IMG/VR virus record: IMGVR_UViG_3300048575_000503
Source of the DNA: a virus
Length of the DNA stretch: 64,000 nucleotides
Direction: 5' to 3' (one strand)
Each line of letters opens with the position of its first letter. The stretch's first letter is position 1. Made by a program: the position numbers and the translations under genes. Shown piece after piece: positions 19,468 through 29,220 of the stretch. A model generated the notes under the pieces. That model was not told the DNA's origin and searched no databases. It was given only the letters and a program-made list of their open reading frames with translations.

Positions 19468-20186
19468 GATGGCGTCGCTCCGCCGAAGCCAGGAAGCGCA
19501 CCCTCCCGCGGGCTGACGAGCAGCGCCTGGCCTTCGCCGGCGGCCAGAAGTTGGGACCTTTGCACGCTCGACCATTCGTTGGCGATGGCGTCGCAAAGGA
19601 ACAGCGATTTCAAGAGCGGCACCCGGTCGGCGAGTACGGGATCGGCCTCGCAGAGCGACAGAAAGCGCTCCCAAACGCCGGTAGGAGCTTGCCCGAACGC
19701 CGGCTCCGGCAGAGGCGACCCTTCGATGACGATCTGCCGGCCGGCACGTCGAAGCGCACCGGACGTTTCCGCTCCGCGCTCGGATCTCACCGTCGGATTG
19801 TCCCGGATGATGGTGCGGTAAATGCCTGCCCACGGGTCTGTTTCGTCGGCGAGCGCGGCCATGATCTGGCGCTCGATCACGTCGATGGTGAGCTCAACGC
19901 CATGGTCGGTGCCGGCAATCTCCCAGCCTTTGGCTTTGACGCCCGCGAGTTTCGCCGCGACGACGATCTCGATCGTGACGGTCAGGCTGTCCCTAGCCCG
20001 CGTCGGGTCCAGATCCCGGAGGTTCCGACCTTGGGCGTCGGTATAGACGGCTGCAAACGGCGCGGCGTCGTCCTTGAGGAAATCCGCAGGTGGGTTGTGG
20101 CTGTCCTTGATTTCCTCTCCGCAAAGCGTCTTGCCCCTGAGGGCACGCACGACCGCCTGTCGGCAGGCAAACCGAACGAGGCTCAT
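19464..20186 (-). CDS. Tail completion/neck protein (uncharacterised)
   Basis: 240 aa ORF between head-tail joining gene and gpV, 4-nt overlaps. Confidence 0.6.
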   Translation of the reverse strand: MSLVRFACRQAVVRALRGKTLCGEEIKDSHNPPADFLKDDAAPFAAVYTDAQGRNLRDLDPTRARDSLTVTIEIVVAAKLAGVKAKGWEIAGTDHGVELTIDVIERQIMAALADETDPWAGIYRTIIRDNPTVRSERGAETSGALRRAGRQIVIEGSPLPEPAFGQAPTGVWERFLSLCEADPVLADRVPLLKSLFLCDAIANEWSSVQRSQLLAAGEGQALLVSPREGALPGFGGATPS

Positions 20187-20563
20187 AGCTTCACGAGGCT
20201 CCAGACATGGCGGGAGCGTCCCTGCCGGTCGATTTGTTCGATCTCGAAGCGGGCATGGCGGCGTGGCATCTCGACGTGGTCGCCCTCGCGTGCCAAGGAA
20301 GCGGCGGGGAAGGCGACGACGTCGATCTCGACGCTCACGCCGCCGACGGCGACGCGCGTCATCCAGCCCGACTTCCGACCACCGCCGACGCTCTCCGCGC
20401 CGCCGACGATCGAGACGGACTGGACAACGGTATCAAACGGCGCCCGCGCGGGATCTGCGCGCCAGCCGCCCTCGTCATTGATGCCCGGAGAGACCGTGAC
20501 GGTCTCTCCGAAGGTACTTCTGCTGAGGGCGGGCAGTGCAGCCCGCGCGGATGCCAGATCCAT
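20183..20563 (-). CDS. Head-tail joining protein (lambda FII-like)
   Basis: Position after capsid; beta-rich, REGDHVEM..FEI. Confidence 0.65.
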   Translation of the reverse strand: MDLASARAALPALSRSTFGETVTVSPGINDEGGWRADPARAPFDTVVQSVSIVGGAESVGGGRKSGWMTRVAVGGVSVEIDVVAFPAASLAREGDHVEMPRRHARFEIEQIDRQGRSRHVWSLVKL

Positions 20564-20574
20564 CGAATGTGACC

Positions 20575-21597
20575 TCAGGCGGCCTTGAGCTTCATGCGGC
20601 GAAGGGTCGCCGGCTGCGTGCAGAGATGGATCGGGTTGGTCTGGACCTCGAACTTCGCCGACTTGGCGGTCCGGCCCTCGACAGCCTCGCGCATGTACCG
20701 GGGCAGACCGGGCCGGTTGACCGTCTCCCAGTAGTCGGCCGGCGCGAAGCGCGTGATGTAGAGACCGGAGACGCCCTTGAAGGCCACGCGGGCCTCGTCG
20801 TCGGCGATCAGGTTTCCACCGGCGGCGGCACGCGCTTTCGCGCCAGTACGATGCCGCACCCAGGTAATGCCGCCGTAGGAGAACTCGTCGGGAAGCGATC
20901 CACGAAGCTCAACCGCCGCGGCGGTGTTGAGATAGGTCTCGCGGACCTCCTTGTAGTCGACGAGCTGCCGGAAGAACCCGTTGCCGCAGAACGCGACGAC
21001 GCTCTCATAGCTGGGGGCGACGAGGTCATCCTCCATGTCGCAGCGAACGTCGTCGGCGAACTGGCGAACCTTGGTCGACGCCATGGAGAGGTCGAGCTCG
21101 ATCGGGTCGGGAACGGCGAGGCCGAACTCGCCGTAGATGTCGAGGATCGTCGCACCCTTGCCGGAAATGATCTTGCCGGAGATCACGCCCCGCTTCATCC
21201 ACTCGTCGGTGAGGTCGAAGTCGCGGTAATGGCGCCGCATCTTGCTGTCGACGAGATCCTGCAGCTGCATCGCCTCGGTGGTCGAGCCGCTGGCGCGGGC
21301 GTTCTGGACTTCTTCGGCGAACACTTCTTCGTCACGCTGCAGATGCGTGGCGTCGAAGGTGCGCATGCCGCGCTTGTCGTGGTCGATGACTTCGCCGGGG
21401 CCGCCGCGCGGCGTCGGCTCGACCAGCGAAAGCGTCGAGCCTTCGCGCTCGATCTTGATCGAAGTCGTGGTGATGCTGTCTTCCTCGAAGTCCAGCATTG
21501 CACCGATCTGCCCGGGAATGGGCGGCGTCTGGTTGGCGAGAACGGTCAACGAGGTCAGCGTGAATTCGTCCTCGTTGAAGATGGACATATCCGCCAT
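20575..21597 (-). CDS. Major capsid protein (lambda gpE family)
   Basis: IFNEDEFTLTSLT, FAPADYWETVN..GLP, EVQTNPIHLC. Confidence 0.92.
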   Translation of the reverse strand: MADMSIFNEDEFTLTSLTVLANQTPPIPGQIGAMLDFEEDSITTTSIKIEREGSTLSLVEPTPRGGPGEVIDHDKRGMRTFDATHLQRDEEVFAEEVQNARASGSTTEAMQLQDLVDSKMRRHYRDFDLTDEWMKRGVISGKIISGKGATILDIYGEFGLAVPDPIELDLSMASTKVRQFADDVRCDMEDDLVAPSYESVVAFCGNGFFRQLVDYKEVRETYLNTAAAVELRGSLPDEFSYGGITWVRHRTGAKARAAAGGNLIADDEARVAFKGVSGLYITRFAPADYWETVNRPGLPRYMREAVEGRTAKSAKFEVQTNPIHLCTQPATLRRMKLKAA

Positions 21598-21624
21598 GAG
21601 GGAATTCCTTTCGAGTGGGGCAGG

Positions 21625-21999
21625 TCAGCGGCCGATGATGCCGACGTTGGCGAGGGAGGAGAGGACCGCGAGCTTTTCGGCCGCGGTGTCGGTCGCGGCA
21701 TTGAAGGTCAGGCAGACCACCTTGACCTCCGCGTCGCGGGCGATGGCGACACCGGCGACGTCCCGGTCGACCGGAACGTGCACGTTGTAGAGCGAGACGG
21801 CGGACGCGATCTGGCTACCATCGTTGGCGGCGGGATCATGCGGCTTGTACTTGAGGTTCGCCGTCACCTTGCCGAGCACGGCGCCGGTCTTGATGTCTCC
21901 GGAGCCGGCCAGGAAGGTGATGTTGTCGCGCGAGCGCGTACCGTTGGCTTCCGAGATGAGAAACTCACCGGCGCGGCGGCCTTCGAGAACTTCGGGCAT
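21625..21999 (-). CDS. Head decoration protein (gpD family)
   Basis: EFLISEANGTRSRDNIT, GAVLGKVT; just upstream of capsid. Confidence 0.9.
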   Translation of the reverse strand: MPEVLEGRRAGEFLISEANGTRSRDNITFLAGSGDIKTGAVLGKVTANLKYKPHDPAANDGSQIASAVSLYNVHVPVDRDVAGVAIARDAEVKVVCLTFNAATDTAAEKLAVLSSLANVGIIGR

Positions 22000-22016
22000 T
22001 TCCAGTGATCCTCCGT

Positions 22017-23036
22017 TCAGCGGCCGCCCTGGCGGCGCTTGGCATAGATGGCCTTGTGGTCCAGCGCCTGGGGCGTCGGCTTCGCGGCGCCGGGCTGGGC
22101 GAGGTTGGCGAGCGGCTGCTGGCGCTCCTGTTCGTAAGAGTCGGCGCCGCTGGTGGCGTTTTCGGCCTTGGGCGCGGCGGCGAGCATCGCCTTGGCGTCA
22201 TCGGCGGGCAGCTCGGTGCTGAAGGCGATGTGGTTGGCGAGGGCCTCGCGGCCCTTGGCTTCCTCGCAACTGACGATCGCCTGAATGCGCGCCTTGGTCT
22301 CGGACACGATCTTGGTCGCGTCGGCGGAGGCCGGTTCCGCCTTGGTCTTTTCGGTCATGGGGTTCTCCGGGTGATGACCAGTGGTGGCCGAGGCGGATGC
22401 CTGGGCCTTGCTGACGGCCGCTTTGAGCGACCAGCCTCGATCAGCCGCCAGCGCTTTGAGCGCCTGAGGAGCGTGGGCATAGGTGCGATAGTCGAAGGCG
22501 GCGACCGCCGACGACTCGGCGGCGTCCGAACGGGTGGCGAAGCCGCGGCTGACGGCGGCTTCCGCGTCGAGCCAGGTCTCCACCTGCATCGTGGCGCGCG
22601 TCTCCTCGGCGCTCTCGCCCGATCGGTCGGCATAGATGCTCACCATCGAGCCGATGTTCGCCTCGAGCTGGTTGATGACTTTCTTGAAGTCTTCGATGGT
22701 GCCGAAACCGAACGTCGAGGGATCGTGGATCATCAGGAGGGCGCCGGTGCGCATCACGCGCTCGTCGCCCGCCATGACGATGATCGAGGCCGACGAGGCA
22801 GCAACGCCATCGACGACGCACGTCGTCTTGCCCTTGCGCGAGGCGAGGGCGTTGTAGATGGCGACGCCGTCGTCGAGGTAGCCGCCGGGCGAGTTGACCC
22901 GGACGGTAACGTCGGCCTCGCGGCCGAGTTCGGCGAGGCAGTTCAACACTTCTCCCGAGGTAAAGCCGTCGGAGAAAAGGCTATCCCCGACGAACCCGTA
23001 GAGAACGAGTTCGCCGTCAACGATCTGAGCTGGCAT
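22017..23036 (-). CDS. ClpP-type head maturation protease with scaffold tail
   Basis: VRVNSPGG, AASSASII (Ser), LMIHDP (His), ETWLDAEAAV..GFA. Confidence 0.92.
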   Translation of the reverse strand: MPAQIVDGELVLYGFVGDSLFSDGFTSGEVLNCLAELGREADVTVRVNSPGGYLDDGVAIYNALASRKGKTTCVVDGVAASSASIIVMAGDERVMRTGALLMIHDPSTFGFGTIEDFKKVINQLEANIGSMVSIYADRSGESAEETRATMQVETWLDAEAAVSRGFATRSDAAESSAVAAFDYRTYAHAPQALKALAADRGWSLKAAVSKAQASASATTGHHPENPMTEKTKAEPASADATKIVSETKARIQAIVSCEEAKGREALANHIAFSTELPADDAKAMLAAAPKAENATSGADSYEQERQQPLANLAQPGAAKPTPQALDHKAIYAKRRQGGR

Positions 23037-23043
23037 TTTTACC

Positions 23044-23310
23044 TCAGGTAAATCTGATGGAGCTGGCGAAACGCGTTCGCCGGCCGCGCTTGCGTTCGCA
23101 GGCCGCTTTCAGGACCGACAGGTGCGCTTCGAACGCCTCGAGGCTGATGGTCGAGTACTTGACGCTCTCTCGCGTCATCGGCGACTGGATCGTGAGTTCT
23201 TCGACTTCCTGACCGGCCAGCCGCTTGAGGTAGACCCCATAGAGGGCCGCGTAGAGCGCGCAAGGGTCGCCGACGTCGATGTCGGTTCCAGCGATGGCAA
23301 CGGTTGTCAT
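23044..23310 (-). CDS. Head completion protein (lambda gpW-like)
   Basis: 88 aa next to portal, DPC..Y..L motif. Confidence 0.65.
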   Translation of the reverse strand: MTTVAIAGTDIDVGDPCALYAALYGVYLKRLAGQEVEELTIQSPMTRESVKYSTISLEAFEAHLSVLKAACERKRGRRTRFASSIRFT

Positions 23311-24959
23311 GCCGGCCTCTCCGGTTTCTTGGCTTCTGCGGTGGCTGCGGTCGGCGCCTTGGCCTCGCGGTCGTAGGGCGAGCGCATTCCGGCATCGACG
23401 TACCGATTGTGCTCGGCGAGGCGCTCGGCGAAGACCTCGTTCTCGTCGGTGCCATTGTCGGCGCACTCGCGGGCGAGACTGGACGTGCCGTTCAGCAGCC
23501 GCTCAGATGATGCGTTTGCTGCCTTCTGATCGTCGGCCGAGGGCTTGGCCGGACCCTGCCAGGTCGCCCAGCAGATGCGATCCCGGTTCGCCTGGAATGC
23601 CCTCAGTCCGCCCTTCAGTGGAATGCGGCCGGTCGCGATCTCCTCCTCGAGCCAGTGCTCGTAAGGAAGCTGATAATGGGGCGCCGCGATCCGTTCACGC
23701 CGGCGCATCACCACCGGCCAGAGCGACGACGTCTCCATGCGCGTCGATGCGTAGGTGGCGTCCGAGTAGTCGAGGGTATATCCGCCGTAAGTGATGCCGA
23801 TGGCACGGGCCGCGTCACGCGACAGCGCCTTGTGGAAGGGCAGGTAGTCGGCGCCGGGCACACCAGCCGACTTGATCGAGAGCTCTTCTCCGGGCGCGAG
23901 GTGGGACACGGTCGGGTCGCTGGACACCGTGATCTGGCTGTCGGCGGCGCGGTCGAGCTGCGCCGCGAAGTAGGCGGCGAAATCCTCGGCGATGTCGCCG
24001 GCGCTGGCGCCACCGACGTCCTTCATCACCTGCAACGCCTCGAATGCTTCGGCGGAAGGCTGCTTCGAGGTGAGCGTGATGGCCAGTATGGTCTGGAGGA
24101 AGGCCGTCTGTGCGGTCGCGTCGTCGAGGTTCTCGGCCATCAGGTACTTGCGGGTGCCCGGAACCAACGGGGAGAGACCGCGGACATCTTCGGCGTCGGA
24201 GGGATCAAATGCGTGCAGCACCAGCGGGCGACCCATCCCGTCTCGTGCCACGTAGTCGTTCGTCACTTCGATCCCGCTCCGCCTTTCCTTGAAGCGGTAT
24301 CGCTCCGGGCGGCCGTTCTCGTCGTGAAAGACGCCCTGATAGAGGCCGATGACCTCGTTCGTCTCCTGGACGAGGCGGTGCGGCGGCACCATAAGGAGCT
24401 TGTTGCCCGTGGAAATGCCGTAGCGGCTGCGCAGCGACGGACCCATATAGCCCATGATGCCGGTCGATTCGCCGAACGCCAGCCAGTACTTGAGGCCGAC
24501 GTCGGCTTGCTGCGGGATCGTCAGCTTGCCGCGGAAATCGCACTCGGCCGGGCTCCACGCCCACATCTTCCACCGGCGTTTCACCAGCGAGATCCAGTCG
24601 GCGCGTTCCTTGTCGTCGTATCCAAGCCGGGCAAGATCCGGCTGCGGGTTGAGAGTCAGCTCGACGCCGACGGTGTCGGCGAGGATCTGATCTACGGCAC
24701 CCTTGAGGCGACCGGAGTTCTGGATCAGGTCCATCGCCAGCGCGCCGGCGCGCGACCACACCCGACGCACCTCATCGCGATGCTCCCTGATGGACGTCTG
24801 CCGGGCGGCAATGACGCCCGACCGAGTGTCACGGAGATACGCGGTTGGCCGTTGCGAGGTGGCGAGCGGAGCGGAGTTCGGGCGGCTGAACATGGAAGTC
24901 GCCGCGCGAGCGACGGCCCTGAGGCGTCCGGACCATCCTTTCATCTGCGGTTCCGCCAT
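23307..24959 (-). CDS. Portal protein (lambda gpB family)
   Basis: ELTLNPQPD, VRGLSPL, HLAPGEE, DYSDATYASTR, W.GPAKPSAD..K. Confidence 0.93.
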   Translation of the reverse strand: MAEPQMKGWSGRLRAVARAATSMFSRPNSAPLATSQRPTAYLRDTRSGVIAARQTSIREHRDEVRRVWSRAGALAMDLIQNSGRLKGAVDQILADTVGVELTLNPQPDLARLGYDDKERADWISLVKRRWKMWAWSPAECDFRGKLTIPQQADVGLKYWLAFGESTGIMGYMGPSLRSRYGISTGNKLLMVPPHRLVQETNEVIGLYQGVFHDENGRPERYRFKERRSGIEVTNDYVARDGMGRPLVLHAFDPSDAEDVRGLSPLVPGTRKYLMAENLDDATAQTAFLQTILAITLTSKQPSAEAFEALQVMKDVGGASAGDIAEDFAAYFAAQLDRAADSQITVSSDPTVSHLAPGEELSIKSAGVPGADYLPFHKALSRDAARAIGITYGGYTLDYSDATYASTRMETSSLWPVVMRRRERIAAPHYQLPYEHWLEEEIATGRIPLKGGLRAFQANRDRICWATWQGPAKPSADDQKAANASSERLLNGTSSLARECADNGTDENEVFAERLAEHNRYVDAGMRSPYDREAKAPTAATAEAKKPERPA

Positions 24960-26878
24960 CGGTTGACCTTCGCGTTCTGCTGTTTCGCGACCGGCAGAGG
25001 AGCCGGTGTTCTCACTGAAATCGGGTCTTCGAGGTCGAGTTGAGCCTCGGCGGGCGGTGTTTCCCGCTCCGTCTCGAGACGATCCCAGACGGCCTCTGGA
25101 AGACTGCGCACACCCCAGAGGATGGCGGCAGCCTCGGCCTGGTTCATGGTGTCGAGGCATTCATTCCGGATCGTCTTGTCCGGCACCCATTCGAACTTCT
25201 CCGCGCCGGAGCGCGTCTTGACCTTGATGCGTCTCTCAGACGTAAGCTGCCGGAAGTACTCATCTTCCAGACCGGCCGGAAGGTCGATGAACCCTCGTTC
25301 CAGAGGGTCGACCTTGGCGAGGTTGCGGTAGAGCGCCATCTTCAGGACGGAAACGTTCACGTTGTAGAAGCGGCTCGAATATTTGAGCACCTTGCCGGTG
25401 CGCTCGTTCCGTTCCTTCTTCACGCGAGCCGTGAGAGGCGCGACGTCCGTATTGAGACCGCGCACCATGACGACATGGTGCGAAGGGTGCCGGCGCGCCC
25501 AGTCCCAGACGTCTTCGGTCCAGGCGTTGCCGTCGATGGCGAGCTTGTCGACGCCGACCCGGTTGCCGGCGGCGTTGGGCCACGTGTCCTGGAGAAGCGC
25601 GTCGAGGCGCTCCTGACATTCGCGCTCGCTGATGTGACCGGGGATTACCCCGTAGTCGACGACGGCGCGGCGATAGTCACGTCCGAAGGCGACTGCTTGC
25701 CACTCGACGCGGTCCTTCTGACAGTCGACGCCGATGGCTACGACGAGATATCCCGCCGGGATGCGACCTCGCGGCCGCGGCGAAAGCGCCGCCCGATCGC
25801 GAAGACCTTCCCACGGAGGCGCTTCGCCGTTCGTGACGTAGGCTCGGCCGACCGTGTCGTTGAGGAACACCCGTTCGCGCTGCGGATCGCCTTTCGCCGC
25901 GAGCCACTCGCGGGCGATGCGCTCCCAGCTTTGCAGGGTGGAGTACGCCGACCACAGATAGAACGATCGATGATAGCGCTTGGCGGCCGGGTTCCGTGCC
26001 CGCCAGTCGATCTTGTCCACCATGTCCGCTCGGTGGTGCTCTTCGATGACCGAACCGCACTCGATGCAGGTGAAGTGAGCGTCCTCGGTCTTGTCCTCGT
26101 CGAGGCCGGCGAGCATGTTTTCCCACTCGAGGACCTGCATGTGTCCGCAGTGCGGGCAGGGAACGAACGGGTACTCTTGGCTTCCGTCCTCGAAGTTTCG
26201 GGTGATACGGCACCCCGGCATGACCAGTGGTGTCGAGATTTTCAGGATCTTCGCGAACTCTTTGCCGCGCGATCGGCTGTCCGCCTGACTTTCCGGGTCG
26301 CCGGCGCTGTTCATCTCCCACTTCGACAGGTCGTCCTGGACCTGCCGCTTCATGGTCACCTGAGACAGAGACGACGCTGAGTTGGCGCCGCTGATCTGAA
26401 TGGCGCCGCGACCATCACGGCGCTCCTTGTAGAGGACGCTGTCGGCACCATCGCGGTTGGTCAGTGGGAAGGCGGCCTTAAGCGATGGCGTCGTCTTGAG
26501 AAGCGGAACCAGCTTCATGCGGCTCCACTTCTTGGCGTTGTTCTCCGTAGGATGGACGTAGAAGAAGTAGCACGGGTCCATCGCCATGGTCCCGAGCGTG
26601 AAGATGACCGCAATGACCGTTCCGCCGATCTGGGCGCTCTTGGCGAGCGTCACGATGCGGCACGGATCATCCGGAGAGAGTGCCCGTAGGATCTCGTCGA
26701 AGTACCGAAAGGCGCGCCGGTTGTAGGGACCGGGCATGTCGCTTTCGTTGTCCTCGAACCGGATGTTGCCCGCCGCCCACGAGAGATAGTCGACGGCCGG
26801 GGGAGGACGCGTCGCGACGACCATGACCATCAGCCGAAGTCGTTCGGCGTTCGCGGTCTCGACAACAATGTGCTTCAC
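24941..26878 (-). CDS. Terminase large subunit (lambda gpA family)
   Basis: KSAQIGGT, DDLSKW, KISTP, Zn motif PCPHCGH...CIECG, GVDCQ, RNECLD. Confidence 0.95.
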   Translation of the reverse strand: MKHIVVETANAERLRLMVMVVATRPPPAVDYLSWAAGNIRFEDNESDMPGPYNRRAFRYFDEILRALSPDDPCRIVTLAKSAQIGGTVIAVIFTLGTMAMDPCYFFYVHPTENNAKKWSRMKLVPLLKTTPSLKAAFPLTNRDGADSVLYKERRDGRGAIQISGANSASSLSQVTMKRQVQDDLSKWEMNSAGDPESQADSRSRGKEFAKILKISTPLVMPGCRITRNFEDGSQEYPFVPCPHCGHMQVLEWENMLAGLDEDKTEDAHFTCIECGSVIEEHHRADMVDKIDWRARNPAAKRYHRSFYLWSAYSTLQSWERIAREWLAAKGDPQRERVFLNDTVGRAYVTNGEAPPWEGLRDRAALSPRPRGRIPAGYLVVAIGVDCQKDRVEWQAVAFGRDYRRAVVDYGVIPGHISERECQERLDALLQDTWPNAAGNRVGVDKLAIDGNAWTEDVWDWARRHPSHHVVMVRGLNTDVAPLTARVKKERNERTGKVLKYSSRFYNVNVSVLKMALYRNLAKVDPLERGFIDLPAGLEDEYFRQLTSERRIKVKTRSGAEKFEWVPDKTIRNECLDTMNQAEAAAILWGVRSLPEAVWDRLETERETPPAEAQLDLEDPISVRTPAPLPVAKQQNAKVNRWRNRR

Positions 26879-27534
26879 GGCTGATCGTCCTCATCGTCGT
26901 GCGCGGCGACCGGCGTCTCAACGACGTCCGACAGCTCGGCGGCGGCGCTCTCGAATGCTGCCGCGCGCTCTTCCCGGACCTCTCGATGGCGCTGGCGAAG
27001 AAGGTGAACGACGTCTCGCTGAGGGAGCGAGAATCGGGCAGCGACCGCTGTCGCGAATTCGGTGATTTCGCTCTCGAACTCCTGCATCATCGCGACCGCG
27101 ACTTTGGTCATTTCTGCCTGCGCATCGACCGTGGCGATCAGTTCACCTCGCCCCTTCGCGTCCTCGATCGCCGCATTGCGGTTATCGCGGCGCATCTTCA
27201 GGAGCTTCTCGAGCTTCAGCTCCTGATCGATCCCGCGGGGAGGCTCAGCCGCAGCCGGTGCTGGCGCCGAGGGTTCGCCGACGCTGGCGATGGTTTCACT
27301 GGTCCAGGCGGCGCCGGCGTCGATCCGCGTCGAGATGCCGTTGCCGAGACGCTGCGAGACATCGAGCGTTCTCCTGAGGTCAGCCTTCGCAGCCTCGACG
27401 TCGATCTTTGCGCGCTGGCCCTCTCCGACCATCGACGACCGGCTGATCTTGCCTTCCGTGATGTATTGAGAAATTCGACCAGGCGAAACGCCGATGATCT
27501 CGGCAAACCGGCTCTTCGAGACGATCTCAGCCAT
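26875..27534 (-). CDS. Terminase small subunit (Nu1-like)
   Basis: N-terminal wHTH SKSRFAEIIGVSPGRISQY, coiled coil; directly upstream of gpA. Confidence 0.85.
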   Translation of the reverse strand: MAEIVSKSRFAEIIGVSPGRISQYITEGKISRSSMVGEGQRAKIDVEAAKADLRRTLDVSQRLGNGISTRIDAGAAWTSETIASVGEPSAPAPAAAEPPRGIDQELKLEKLLKMRRDNRNAAIEDAKGRGELIATVDAQAEMTKVAVAMMQEFESEITEFATAVAARFSLPQRDVVHLLRQRHREVREERAAAFESAAAELSDVVETPVAAHDDEDDQP

Positions 27535-27540
27535 GCCGGC

Positions 27541-27750
27541 TACCCTTTTATCCTTTACCTCCGGCCACTTTTAGCTTTAGGTCGACCTTTACCTTTAGGC
27601 TTTCACTTTAGGGTCAGACTGCGAAAACCCCGCAGTCGCGCGTGCCCGCAGAGGCTTGGGCAGGGGGTACGGTCCCTATGAAACAGGGTGTTCCACGACG
27701 TTGTGAAACATCGTGTTTCACGGTTCGCGTGGAGCGTGGTGTTTCACGCC
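27541..27750. promoter_or_regulatory. Candidate cos/packaging region of prophage 1
   Basis: Non-coding gap upstream of terS with ~7 CTTTA(G/C)-like repeats, a GC-rich core and TGAAACA/TGTTTCA repeats. Confidence 0.5.
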
Positions 27751-27753
27751 ATC

Positions 27754-28332
27754 TCACCCTCCGAGGAGCTTGACCAGCGCAGCCTCGACCCGCGTCCGCA
27801 GCAACGGACCGGCGATCCGCATGAACTCGCCCGCCGTGGCGCCCGTCGTCATCTCGTGCGGGATGAACACGCCCGAGCGCTGGAACGTGTAGAACTTCGT
27901 GCCCGGCTTGTTCCTGATCATCACGTGCCCGTCGAACTTCAGCACGCCCTTGCGCTTGGGGAAGGCGCCGCCCTTCATGAAGGCGCCCGCATAGAGCGTC
28001 CGTTTGCCGAACGGGTAGGCGACCACGCCTTGCTTGGTTTCGCGCGGCCTCAGGTACTTGAGGCGGATGTTGCCGCCTCGCGTCATGAGTTCGAACGACA
28101 GTTTGCCCGGCCGGGCCGGGTTCGGGTTGCCGACCGCCTTGACGATCGTCTTGCGCGGCAGGCCCGTCTGCCTGATCAGGTTGCGGATGACCGTGGTCTT
28201 GGCCCGGTTGCCGACCTGGTTGACGATGCGCGGCAGCACGTTGGGGAAGCGCTCGTTGAGAACGCGCACCCGGTCGCCGAATACCCTGAGGTTGTCATCT
28301 GCCCACCGGGCGATCAGCGTCGACCCGGCCAC
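27754..28332 (-). CDS. Lambda gpZ-like minor tail protein
   Basis: Basic protein, VNQVGNRAKT..IRQTGL, YAGAF; RBS GGAGG. Confidence 0.6.
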   Translation of the reverse strand: MAGSTLIARWADDNLRVFGDRVRVLNERFPNVLPRIVNQVGNRAKTTVIRNLIRQTGLPRKTIVKAVGNPNPARPGKLSFELMTRGGNIRLKYLRPRETKQGVVAYPFGKRTLYAGAFMKGGAFPKRKGVLKFDGHVMIRNKPGTKFYTFQRSGVFIPHEMTTGATAGEFMRIAGPLLRTRVEAALVKLLGG

Positions 28333-28344
28333 TGCATCCCTCCG

Positions 28345-28380
28345 AAAACAGAAACGCCCCGGCGTTGGCCGAGGCGTTTT
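28345..28380 (-). terminator. Terminator at the head of the late operon
   Basis: Minus strand AACGCCTCGGC-CAAC-GCCGGGGCGTT then TCTGTTTT. Confidence 0.6.
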
Positions 28381-28474
28381 GGATCTGATTTAGCGTCATT
28401 AGGGATAGCACAAGAGGTGGTGCTTCCAAGATATTTATTTAATCCTGTTGTAACAACGACTTGAGTGTCATTTG

Positions 28475-29197
28475 TTACGCGCGCTTTCGCCCCCGCAGCG
28501 GCCGTTTCGTCTTCGCCGGGCTGATTTCTTCGACGACGCAGGGGCGCTTCAAAAGCCATGGCGCCGCCGGCGCTTCCGGGCCGGTCACGTCGAAGTCCGC
28601 GAGCGAACCGGCAAGACGCGCCTGCAAGCGACAGAGCGCCAGCCGCCACGCGAGGTAGACGGCCCGAGCATGCATCACGTCCCGCCGGTCGGCGGCTCCC
28701 GCCGCGCCGCGCGTTGTCGGCCTCCAGTCGGGATGCCACTCTGGGCGACTGCCCGTCCGGCCGTTGAGGACCACCAGCACGGTCGAAGACACGACCTCGA
28801 GCTGCCTCGGCGCCGATGGCGGCGTGCCGCCCGGCTCATAGGCAGGGGCGATCGTGACGCCGTCGCCGTGGCGCGTCAGCACCTCGCCAGCGGCGGCGGC
28901 ACTTTCCGCATCCCAGACGTCGACCTCGTCGCGGGCCTTCCACTCGATGTAGGTGTCGGCGAGCGCCAGAACGGCGTCATGGACGATCGAGGCATCGTCG
29001 GGCAACCGCACGCCGAGAACGTTCGCCGCGATGCCGCTCTTGTCGACGCGCGTCCCCAGCCGAAGGAACTCGCCGATGCCGCCGGAAACCGAGTTGAGCT
29101 GACTGGCGGCGGCGTGCAGGCCGATCTGCCGGTCGACGCACTGGACCCGGTAGGCCCATTCCACAACCTTCTCGACATCAACCGTTTCTTTTGCCAT
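28475..29197 (-). CDS. Uncharacterised protein in late-regulator (Q-like) position
   Basis: 240 aa ORF between replication genes and the AT-rich late promoter gap; function from position only. Confidence 0.5.
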   Translation of the reverse strand: MAKETVDVEKVVEWAYRVQCVDRQIGLHAAASQLNSVSGGIGEFLRLGTRVDKSGIAANVLGVRLPDDASIVHDAVLALADTYIEWKARDEVDVWDAESAAAAGEVLTRHGDGVTIAPAYEPGGTPPSAPRQLEVVSSTVLVVLNGRTGSRPEWHPDWRPTTRGAAGAADRRDVMHARAVYLAWRLALCRLQARLAGSLADFDVTGPEAPAAPWLLKRPCVVEEISPAKTKRPLRGRKRA

Positions 29198-29220
29198 TTC
29201 CGATAAGTCCTTCTCGCCCG

